DNA of 64,000 bases from a virus. Its lineage: Duplodnaviria; Caudoviricetes. Where the stretch lies: the IMG/VR virus record IMGVR_UViG_3300042367_000196, positions 1,998-65,997 of that record; one strand, 5' to 3'. Positions within the stretch are counted from its first letter, which is position 1; the number at the start of each line of letters is the position of its first letter. Below the pieces are notes generated by a model, which searched no databases, was not told the DNA's origin, and saw nothing but the letters and a program-made list of their open reading frames with translations. Shown piece by piece: positions 8,340-14,979 of the stretch. The translations under genes were made by a program, and so were the position numbers.

Positions 8340-8693
8340 TTATTGGTTATCAGGTGTAAAATAATCGTCTAGTTCAGATATAAAGCATCTTTTAAATTCG
8401 TGGTCGTCAAAGGATGTATTCATTTCAAGTGAATAGCTATCGCCGTATGATCCATGCAATTCAGGTTCGCAGCTTATAAATTCATCCCAAGAATACTCGT
8501 TTAACATTTCTTTTACTGAATTAAGAATGTGATCTTTAGTAAAGCCAGTCGTTGTTACTTCAGGCAAATCAGCGATGCATGATTGCAAGGTTGTTAGCAA
8601 GCTAAGTACATCATCTTTAGAAAAGATACTGCTAGCGGAATTGTTTACTTTTGAAATTTGTACTTCAAATAATGTTTTTTCGTCTTGTGTCAT
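8340..8693 (-). CDS. Hypothetical protein
   Basis: ORF track; directly downstream of promoter motif copy 3. Confidence 0.7.
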   Translation of the reverse strand: MTQDEKTLFEVQISKVNNSASSIFSKDDVLSLLTTLQSCIADLPEVTTTGFTKDHILNSVKEMLNEYSWDEFISCEPELHGSYGDSYSLEMNTSFDDHEFKRCFISELDDYFTPDNQ

Positions 8694-8721
8694 AATTTTT
8701 ATTTTGTTTAGTTACATTTAT

Positions 8722-8751
8722 ATTATCAATTGGTTGTCGTTTTTTGTATGC
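8722..8751 (-). promoter_or_regulatory. Phage-specific promoter-like motif, copy 3
   Basis: GCA-TACA-AAAAACGA-CAACCAATT-GATAAT. Confidence 0.8.
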
Positions 8752-8755
8752 AAGA

Positions 8756-9010
8756 TTAATCAAGTAATACCATATATGCTTCAGGGTTAGCTTTACGGAA
8801 CCACGTTAATGCTTTAATCATATCCTTTTGAGCTAAGCCGGTCATTTGGCAACCCATAATAAAGTCGTACATACTTAATTCAGCTGGTGTTAAATCGTAT
8901 GATTCACCGCTAAACGGATTTGTTACAGTTTCGCCATTTGTGTATAGCACGCCGTTAAACCACTTTGGTAACGGTTGTTCATTGGTTTTGTTTTTTCTTA
9001 AGTCTATCAT
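8756..9010 (-). CDS. Hypothetical protein
   Basis: ORF track; NPFSGE...YDFIMG...NPEAYMVLLD. Confidence 0.7.
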   Translation of the reverse strand: MIDLRKNKTNEQPLPKWFNGVLYTNGETVTNPFSGESYDLTPAELSMYDFIMGCQMTGLAQKDMIKALTWFRKANPEAYMVLLD

Positions 9011-9021
9011 GTTTTTAGGTT

Positions 9022-9234
9022 TTATTGTTCGTCTTTTTCTATTAAATCAAAAATGTATTTCCACACTTCTAATTCTGTTTTTGTACCGTCAAGTACGTTT
9101 TTAATTTCTTCAATAGATACTCCGCCAGTGCGACCACATTTAACGTCGTCAGCTAATGCTCTAATATCCATCTTTATTGTTACTACTTTTGCAAACGCTT
9201 TTTGCATCGCTCTCTCTTGTATGTCTCTATTCAT
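9022..9234 (-). CDS. Hypothetical protein
   Basis: ORF track; co-oriented. Confidence 0.65.
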   Translation of the reverse strand: MNRDIQERAMQKAFAKVVTIKMDIRALADDVKCGRTGGVSIEEIKNVLDGTKTELEVWKYIFDLIEKDEQ

Positions 9235-9321
9235 AATTTTTTATTTCTCCAAAGGTTTAGTATATAAAATAACATACCGACAGCCGTTACAATTACTAAT
9301 GCAACTAGGTTTGATATTAAT

Positions 9322-9438
9322 TTATTCATTCGCTAACTCTAATATTTTTTCATAGGCATGCGCCATTCTCTCGTGATCGAAGTAATATTTGTTTCGTATT
9401 TTAAACATCCACTCGTCAAATTTTTGTATTTCCGCCAT
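9322..9438 (-). CDS. Small hypothetical protein (38 aa, below the ORF-track cutoff)
   Basis: MAEIQKFDEWMFKIRNKYYFDHERMAHAYEKILELANE; leader ends ATAACT-ATG like its neighbours. Confidence 0.55.
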   Translation of the reverse strand: MAEIQKFDEWMFKIRNKYYFDHERMAHAYEKILELANE

Positions 9439-9449
9439 AGTTATATTTT

Positions 9450-9656
9450 TTAGTATAAGTATTCATTTAATAGTTCATAAATTTCGTCTTGGTCGCGCTC
9501 ACTTAAGATTGGTAGTATATCAACTTCGTTGTAGTATACCGCATCTATAATAGTATCAGGATATTCTGGTGGGTTATCATAGGTAGCCATTACATAAGTA
9601 CCAACAGTATTGTATTCAACCTCAATTTCTTCGCCTCTGTATTTTAATCGTGCCAT
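9450..9656 (-). CDS. Hypothetical acidic protein
   Basis: ORF track; ATYDNPPEYP motif. Confidence 0.7.
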   Translation of the reverse strand: MARLKYRGEEIEVEYNTVGTYVMATYDNPPEYPDTIIDAVYYNEVDILPILSERDQDEIYELLNEYLY

Positions 9657-9668
9657 AGTTATATTTGT

Positions 9669-9980
9669 TTAAGATAATAATTCTACTTTTGCTAATAATT
9701 CTTTTGTTGCATTGTCAATCATTTTTTGTTTGATAGTTAATTCTAATCCACCTACAAGACCTTTATTCATGACATACAATTTAGTGTGCTTAAATTCTTT
9801 AACACGGTATTCTTGGTTGTATAATTCAAAGCCGTCGGGTATGTGCAAGTACTCACCGCTGTAGTCGCCGTTTTCTTTAAGAAAATCTTTTATTTGATTA
9901 GTTATTTTGGTTGAAAATTCTCTAATCTTTTGATTTACTTTTTCTTCAATTAATTTGTCTAATTTACCTGTTGTATTCAT
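9669..9980 (-). CDS. Hypothetical protein
   Basis: ORF track; downstream of promoter motif copy 4. Confidence 0.7.
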   Translation of the reverse strand: MNTTGKLDKLIEEKVNQKIREFSTKITNQIKDFLKENGDYSGEYLHIPDGFELYNQEYRVKEFKHTKLYVMNKGLVGGLELTIKQKMIDNATKELLAKVELLS

Positions 9981-10007
9981 AGTTATATTTTTATTTGTTA
10001 CATTAAT

Positions 10008-10037
10008 ATTATCAATTAAGTGTCGTTTTTATTTTGC
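10008..10037 (-). promoter_or_regulatory. Phage-specific promoter-like motif, copy 4
   Basis: Same motif and spacing. Confidence 0.8.
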
Positions 10038-10041
10038 GACG

Positions 10042-10149
10042 TTATTCTTCGCACATTTCTTCAAATGAACAGTGCTCTAAACAATCCGCACACAACTCGT
10101 CAAATATGTGATGTCTTGATGCACCACAACAATCGCTATATTCTTCCAT
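10042..10149 (-). CDS. Small Cys-rich, putative zinc-binding protein (35 aa)
   Basis: MEEYSDCCGASRHHIFDELCADCLEHCSFEEMCEE. Confidence 0.55.
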   Translation of the reverse strand: MEEYSDCCGASRHHIFDELCADCLEHCSFEEMCEE

Positions 10150-10152
10150 AAT

Positions 10153-10317
10153 TTAATCGTTAAAAAGTTCTAAAATTGCATAACCTAAGTTACGCTCGTC
10201 ATCAGTTAATTCTTCGCTGTGTTCGTAAAGCCACTCGTCAAGGCTCGCTGGTGTATAGCAAAATTGATTCATAAACAACCTTGCAATATTGTGTAATTTT
10301 TCTTCGTTAGTTACCAT
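10153..10317 (-). CDS. Small hypothetical protein (54 aa)
   Basis: Manual translation MVTNEEKLHNIARLFMNQFCYTPASLDEWLY...; fills the gap between co-oriented genes. Confidence 0.55.
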   Translation of the reverse strand: MVTNEEKLHNIARLFMNQFCYTPASLDEWLYEHSEELTDDERNLGYAILELFND

Positions 10318-10318
10318 A

Positions 10319-10510
10319 TTAATCTCTATTTACAATTTCAAAATCTACATCAAAGAAGTCATCACTATCCAACACTAGTTCAGCGTTGTTATAATCGTAT
10401 CTTACAAACTCAAGTGCTTGTTCTTCACTTTGAGCTTCAACCGTTACTATTCTAATAAGTGTTTCGCACACTTCTACATTATATTCTTTCATATTAATAT
10501 TATTTAGCAA
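10319..10510 (-). CDS. DpnD/PcfM-like protein
   Basis: KEYNVEVCETLIRIVTVEAQSEEQALEFVRYDY...VLDSDDF pattern; true start probably at the internal MKEY. Confidence 0.7.
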   Translation of the reverse strand: MLNNINMKEYNVEVCETLIRIVTVEAQSEEQALEFVRYDYNNAELVLDSDDFFDVDFEIVNRD

Positions 10511-10787
10511 ACCAAGTTAATAATTCATTTACAGTTTCAAATACGTAACATTCGGCTCTCATTAAGTTAATTGAGTGAAGTACATAGTCTCTTTTAGTAG
10601 CGTGAGCATAAGCGTTCTCAAGCGATAACGAACCATTATTATTTAATGCAACAAAATTCTCGTCTCTCGTTTTAATAATTATAGCCTTTGTTTTTGCATC
10701 CTCCCACAATATACCTACGTGAGTATTGTTCCACACTTCTTTTATATCGGCCGTACACGGCATGTTTTCGGTTATAACTTTTCTCAT
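10500..10787 (-). CDS. Hypothetical protein
   Basis: ORF track; co-oriented. Confidence 0.65.
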   Translation of the reverse strand: MRKVITENMPCTADIKEVWNNTHVGILWEDAKTKAIIIKTRDENFVALNNNGSLSLENAYAHATKRDYVLHSINLMRAECYVFETVNELLTWFAK

Positions 10788-10788
10788 A

Positions 10789-10983
10789 TTAATTGTTTTT
10801 TAGTTGGTAAATTATTTCTCCTTGTAAATCTTCGATCACTCGTTGTATATGGTACGATTCACGTGCTTGTTTGTCGTCGCCGATACGTATAGCATCCGCT
10901 AACACATCTGTATGTTCTTCAAACAAATGGTCTAAAGCCACTTGAATTATGTTTGCATCTCGTTTAGTTATATTTAAGTACAT
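10789..10983 (-). CDS. Hypothetical protein
   Basis: ORF track; co-oriented. Confidence 0.65.
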   Translation of the reverse strand: MYLNITKRDANIIQVALDHLFEEHTDVLADAIRIGDDKQARESYHIQRVIEDLQGEIIYQLKNN

Positions 10984-10998
10984 AGCGTTTATATTTTA

Positions 10999-11262
10999 TT
11001 AGTTATTTTCGTAAGCAAAGTGAGCCCAAATTGCTTGATTAATTCGATCAAGTTCGGTAGTACCGTTTAAATAATTTTCAATTGAATTATAGAATTTAGT
11101 TAAACTTTTATCTATACTATTAAAGTTAGACTCAAAGTATTCTAAGTCGTCACCTTGTATGTAGTTTAACCCTACAATATCACCGTCTTCACGGACAACC
11201 AATACAAAACGGTCATCGCTTTCACACCAATAAATTTCTCTACTTTTAACTAGCTTATTCAT
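10999..11262 (-). CDS. Hypothetical protein
   Basis: ORF track; co-oriented. Confidence 0.65.
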   Translation of the reverse strand: MNKLVKSREIYWCESDDRFVLVVREDGDIVGLNYIQGDDLEYFESNFNSIDKSLTKFYNSIENYLNGTTELDRINQAIWAHFAYENN

Positions 11263-11263
11263 A

Positions 11264-11455
11264 TTACTTTGTTTTATAGGTTAATGATTTTAATTTATCT
11301 AATGTTTCTTTTTCAATAGAGCGCATATAACCAACCGTCATGATAGGTCGTCGATCGCTACGTTCCGCTTCAACTATATCGTTGCATATTAAGTTAATAT
11401 AATCTTGCAACCCTCGCTCAAGTAAGTGAGCTTCAAATCCGTTAAACTTTTTCAT
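11264..11455 (-). CDS. Hypothetical protein
   Basis: ORF track; co-oriented. Confidence 0.65.
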   Translation of the reverse strand: MKKFNGFEAHLLERGLQDYINLICNDIVEAERSDRRPIMTVGYMRSIEKETLDKLKSLTYKTK

Positions 11456-11458
11456 AAA

Positions 11459-11656
11459 TTACTTTTTTTGATTAGTTACTAATTTATACCAATACTCGCC
11501 GCCGTCTTCACTGTTACTCAAGTTAAACCACCCGTACACATCGAAAGATGATGCCGTAATTATATAGGCAATCCATTCAACACCGTTTTGTCTAATAGTT
11601 TCGTTAATAGCTTTGGTTTTGTCTTCTCTACTTAATTCTCTAAAATCTAAATTCAT
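11459..11656 (-). CDS. Hypothetical protein
   Basis: ORF track; downstream of promoter motif copy 5. Confidence 0.65.
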   Translation of the reverse strand: MNLDFRELSREDKTKAINETIRQNGVEWIAYIITASSFDVYGWFNLSNSEDGGEYWYKLVTNQKK

Positions 11657-11687
11657 AGTTATATTTGTTTTAATTTGTTACATTTTT

Positions 11688-11717
11688 ATTATCGATTAGG
11701 TATCGTTTTTAGTTTGT
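11688..11717 (-). promoter_or_regulatory. Phage-specific promoter-like motif, copy 5
   Basis: Same motif and spacing. Confidence 0.8.
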
Positions 11718-11808
11718 TAAAAGTATGCACTTTGTTTACACTAAAATAATTGATTGAATGTGTAGCCCTCTCCTCCTCAACGTCTAATTCTTAACTTTTA
11801 CGAAAAGA

Positions 11809-11854
11809 GTGACATTAGCTAGTTAAATATATATAGTAAGGGGCTATTGTCGCA
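11809..11854. repeat. Inverted-repeat site copy 2: GTGACATTAGC-N24-CTATTGTCGCA
   Basis: Both 11-nt arms are identical to copy 1; AT-rich spacer; intergenic. Confidence 0.85.
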
Positions 11855-12028
11855 CTATTTATACCTCAATTCTAGTCTTTTCATGATTTTCCCAAACTCC
11901 TCAAGATCCATTGGATTAAGTAATAACTTAGAACCCACTATTCGATGAGTGAATTGTATCTTCTTTGATTTAGTTAATTCTTGGTGGATAAAGGGACTAA
12001 AGTTTTTTTGGATTTTTAATACTATCAT
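11855..12028 (-). CDS. Small hypothetical protein (57 aa)
   Basis: Manual translation MIVLKIQKNFSPFIHQELTKSK...LELRYK; downstream of promoter motif copy 6. Confidence 0.55.
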   Translation of the reverse strand: MIVLKIQKNFSPFIHQELTKSKKIQFTHRIVGSKLLLNPMDLEEFGKIMKRLELRYK

Positions 12029-12057
12029 TTTACTTTGTTTTTATTTGTTACATTTAT

Positions 12058-12087
12058 ATTATCAAACTTTAATCGTTTTTGTTATGC
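12058..12087 (-). promoter_or_regulatory. Phage-specific promoter-like motif, copy 6
   Basis: Same motif and spacing. Confidence 0.8.
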
Positions 12088-12125
12088 TATACGCTACACA
12101 CCTAAAAATGCTATACACGAGTTTA

Positions 12126-12196
12126 GGGTGAGATCCCCCCGAAACTATGGCGTAGGGCGGAGTCCACTCTTTCGACCTTATTTCAGAGCCAGACCC
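12126..12196 (-). ncRNA. Candidate small structured RNA driven by promoter motif copy 7
   Basis: GC-rich 71-nt island bounded by GGGT...ACCC, starting 5 nt downstream of GATAAT; no ATG ORF. Confidence 0.5.
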
Positions 12197-12201
12197 AAAG
12201 T

Positions 12202-12231
12202 ATTATCAAAAAATACTCGTATTACCTATGT
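12202..12231 (-). promoter_or_regulatory. Phage-specific promoter-like motif, copy 7
   Basis: ACA-TAGG-TAATACGA-GTATTTTTT-GATAAT. Confidence 0.7.
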
Positions 12232-12268
12232 TTGCTATACACCCTTCGGGTGTGCTCGCTACGCTCGC

Positions 12269-12520
12269 TTATTCGTTAGGTTCCATTGGACCGATATAAA
12301 TCGTATCATTTTCAATAAACTCTAACTTTACAGTTGATCCCATGTTTGGTATCGATTCCTCATCATCATTCCACACAAATACTTGTTGTTTTTGAGTGTT
12401 TTCGAGACGTGTAATCTCATTTTCCATTGCAGTGATCGTAGTCATTCCGATTGTTAGAATAACTCCACCAGCGAAGCTTAAACAAGCTAATATTAGTGCA
12501 TCATTTCTTAGTTCTTTCAT
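12269..12520 (-). CDS. Hypothetical protein with N-terminal TM segment
   Basis: ORF track; hydrophobic stretch LILACLSFAGGVILTIGM. Confidence 0.65.
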   Translation of the reverse strand: MKELRNDALILACLSFAGGVILTIGMTTITAMENEITRLENTQKQQVFVWNDDEESIPNMGSTVKLEFIENDTIYIGPMEPNE

Positions 12521-12766
12521 TGTTTTTTTCGTTTTGAATTTGTTTATGTGTTTTACCTTGTAATCTTTGGTTCATGTAGTCTTCGAATGATGGACTACAC
12601 TGTCGGATTAGAGCCGATCTTCTTAGTTGTGAATTACTCCTCATATTCTTTTTCAATTGTTATTAGTATGTTAATGTATTCGTTTAATTCTACGTCGTCA
12701 ATAAGACTTTTGATTTTGTTTAATTTTTCTAGATTTGTCATTTGTATTTGTTTTAGTTACATTTAT

Positions 12767-12796
12767 ATTATCGATTGTTGATCGTTTTTCTTGTGT
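12767..12796 (-). promoter_or_regulatory. Phage-specific promoter-like motif, copy 8
   Basis: Same motif; upstream of a short ORF MTNLEKLNKIK... starting at 12741. Confidence 0.8.
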
Positions 12797-12809
12797 GTAT
12801 AGTAACGGC

Positions 12810-13163
12810 TTATTCGGCCGTCACTTCCACTTCAAGTTGTTCGATAGTCGCCAAGTGTCTAACATTAGCCGGCATATCGGTTGATTGTGACCAATACTCA
12901 CGTTTAATCCAACATGGCATGATACTTAGTTTAGGTAACATCACTTTAAGTACTTCATCATGATTGTAAGTTACTTTTTGATTTTTGTTGTTAACAAAGG
13001 TTATTGTTTGATTACGACCTAACCAAGATTTTCGGACTACAAAGTTGGCTCTTTGGATAGGTGGATAAATTAGAGCCTTTTGTTCATCACTTAAGTTGGC
13101 GATGGCCTCAACTAATAATTCTTTGTTTGATTTAACTACTTCAATTGTTTTTTGATTTTTCAT
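12810..13163 (-). CDS. Hypothetical protein
   Basis: ORF track; preceded by two tandem promoter motifs. Confidence 0.75.
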   Translation of the reverse strand: MKNQKTIEVVKSNKELLVEAIANLSDEQKALIYPPIQRANFVVRKSWLGRNQTITFVNNKNQKVTYNHDEVLKVMLPKLSIMPCWIKREYWSQSTDMPANVRHLATIEQLEVEVTAE

Positions 13164-13210
13164 AATTTTAATTATTTAAGTTATTTATTTATTTAATTTG
13201 TTACATTGTT

Positions 13211-13240
13211 ATTATCAAAGTCTTGTCGTTTTTACTTTGT
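13211..13240 (-). promoter_or_regulatory. Phage-specific promoter-like motif, copy 9
   Basis: Same motif and spacing. Confidence 0.8.
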
Positions 13241-13297
13241 AAGTTTTTTAAGTTATTTTATTTTTTATATTTATTATTTTTTATTTGTTACATTATT

Positions 13298-13327
13298 ATT
13301 ATCAAACTCCCGTCGTTTTTGGTATGC
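13298..13327 (-). promoter_or_regulatory. Phage-specific promoter-like motif, copy 10
   Basis: Same motif; tandem with copy 9. Confidence 0.8.
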
Positions 13328-13385
13328 TATACGCTTCGCTCGTGCTAGCGCACGGCTCCGCCTGTCAATTCCGCCTAGGCAGAGT

Positions 13386-13409
13386 AAAAGATCCCTGTCA
13401 CAGGATCTT
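13386..13409 (-). terminator. Candidate intrinsic terminator or hairpin
   Basis: AAGATCC...GGATCTT stem followed by a short T run on the minus strand, downstream of the 13428 stop. Confidence 0.45.
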
Positions 13410-13427
13410 ATTGAGATATGAATTCAG

Positions 13428-13619
13428 TTAATTAAATACTGAATTTCTTATTGATTCTAGTTCAGTCACAAAGAATCCATTATCTATCTCTTCTTCAGTA
13501 TATTCAATATCTTCTGAGAAACTAGAATAACAATATTCTTTCATATATTCTAATAATTCTTCTTTTGATAGATCTTTAAGATTATTAATATAAAGTTCTG
13601 TTTTAATTAAATTCATCAT
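13428..13619 (-). CDS. Acidic hypothetical protein
   Basis: ORF track; downstream of promoter motif copy 11. Confidence 0.65.
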   Translation of the reverse strand: MMNLIKTELYINNLKDLSKEELLEYMKEYCYSSFSEDIEYTEEEIDNGFFVTELESIRNSVFN

Positions 13620-13645
13620 AGTTATTTTATTTTAAGTTCATTAAT

Positions 13646-13675
13646 ATTATCAGTTATATTTCGTTTTTATTCTGT
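13646..13675 (-). promoter_or_regulatory. Phage-specific promoter-like motif, copy 11
   Basis: Same motif and spacing. Confidence 0.8.
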
Positions 13676-13815
13676 AACTTCTTTAATAATATTTTTAATT
13701 CTTCCTCTAAGTTTTCATAACCACTTACTTCATCTATTCTTTTATAGATCAATTCTTTTATTAACCAGATTTCTTTTAATTCTAATTTCATATTATATTT
13801 TTTAAGTTCATATAT

Positions 13816-13845
13816 ATTATCAATCTCTCATCGTTTTTATTATGC
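13816..13845 (-). promoter_or_regulatory. Phage-specific promoter-like motif, copy 12
   Basis: Same motif; upstream of a short ORF MKLELKEIWL... starting at 13791. Confidence 0.8.
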
Positions 13846-14240
13846 TATACACGCTACGCGTCGCTGCGCTCCGCTCCGCTTGTCGTGTGTTCGTTATGTT
13901 ATGCTGTCGTACTATTATTATAATGTGCTGCTCAACGCTGTGTGCTGCGCCGTGTCCTGCTGCTGTCAATGTACTGTGCATGCCAATCTCCAGAAACCTC
14001 AAACAAATTCACGTGTTGCATCACGCTCATATCCCATAGCTATAACACAAAACCCAAAACCGTTTCAACTAAATTCTAAAAACGGAGGGGGGGTGCCTTT
14101 TTAGATTAGCTTCCCACTTTCAACTTTCGTTTTAAAATGCTATACATAGCCCGTTACTTCTAAATATCTGATGCAATTTTTTTCAATACCCCTTTATATT
14201 GTTATTTTTGTTATTTTTTGCTAATATTTTGGCTGCCTAG

Positions 14241-14285
14241 TGCGACAATAGGTAGTTATATTATCTAGTAGTAGGCTAACGTCAC
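14241..14285. repeat. Inverted-repeat site copy 3 (opposite orientation): TGCGACAATAG-N23-GCTAACGTCAC
   Basis: Reverse complement reads GTGACGTTAGC-N23-CTATTGTCGCA. Confidence 0.8.
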
Positions 14286-14342
14286 ACTTTTAAGAACTTA
14301 TCGATGTGCGTAATCATACAGGTATGACTAATTTACGATAAA

Positions 14343-14726
14343 ATGGGTAAAAATGGAATTGGACCGCAAGGTTTAGGCAATAAATCGCACAATGGTTTTT
14401 GGATTGGATCACCAGCTAAGCAGAAAAAGCAGACATATAAAGAAGCTACAGATAAATTTGAGGAATTTAACCAGGCAACTGACACTGTAACTATGCGTAG
14501 AGGTCCCCATATCACTGCGGCAATGGAAGGAGCTAGTGATGAGACATATTTAAGGTTTAAAGGGCAACAACCGGTTAAAACTAAATACACACAGAGTGGT
14601 GATGGTAGTATTACTGCTTATAGTTTACGAAAAAAAATAACGTCTCCGGCTAAAGCGTGCTGGTCAGGTTACGAACGTGTGCCTGGTACAAAAAAAGGCG
14701 CGCAAGGTAGCTGTAGAAAAAAATAA
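14343..14726 (+). CDS. Small basic protein with two SPAK motifs
   Basis: ORF track; first gene of the plus-strand arm; C-terminal CWSGYERVPG...GSCRKK. Confidence 0.7.
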   Translation: MGKNGIGPQGLGNKSHNGFWIGSPAKQKKQTYKEATDKFEEFNQATDTVTMRRGPHITAAMEGASDETYLRFKGQQPVKTKYTQSGDGSITAYSLRKKITSPAKACWSGYERVPGTKKGAQGSCRKK

Positions 14727-14731
14727 AAAAT

Positions 14732-14977
14732 ATGCCACAAAAATTATCGCCTACGGCGAGGAGAGATAAAGCAGCAAGAGATTTAGCTTTTGCTAAAACG
14801 CCTGCACGTAAAGCTAAAAAGGCCGATGCTCAACGTAGAAGAAGAGCAGCCGGGTCTGCAGCTAATGGTAAAGATTGGGATCACAACGATCAAAGATGGG
14901 AATCGCCTAAGCAGAATAGAGGTAATGATGGCCAAGGCACAAAAAAAGAATCAGGTAACAACTATAAAACAAGATAA
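14732..14977 (+). CDS. Small basic protein with a degenerate HNH-like motif
   Basis: KDWDH...SPKQNRG; Arg/Lys-rich. Confidence 0.5.
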   Translation: MPQKLSPTARRDKAARDLAFAKTPARKAKKADAQRRRRAAGSAANGKDWDHNDQRWESPKQNRGNDGQGTKKESGNNYKTR

Positions 14978-14979
14978 AG

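Noticed and set aside
12575-12625. Possible amber-suppressor tRNA fragment (minus-strand TCGG-CTCTAAT-CCGA plus a GTAGTC/GACTAC hairpin containing TTCGAA)
   Set aside because: No acceptor stem, D-arm or canonical T-arm; genes read intact in the standard code and TAG serves as a stop, so there is no sign of recoding.
7124-13845. The 12 repeated motifs as a CRISPR or mini-array
   Set aside because: Spacing is irregular (87 nt to 1.7 kb), the intervening DNA is whole genes, the repeats have internal variable positions, and no cas genes are present.
13820-14104. ORF-track entries 13820-14002, 13842-14039 and 13880-14104
   Set aside because: Overlapping low-complexity Cys/Arg/Ala translations of a GC-rich, apparently non-coding tract, with atypical composition.
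4827-14147. The 10-mer as a DnaA box, or the GTGACA arms as matS or CRP sites
   Set aside because: TGCTATACAC differs from TTATNCACA at conserved positions; matS and CRP sites have short fixed spacers, not 23-24 nt.
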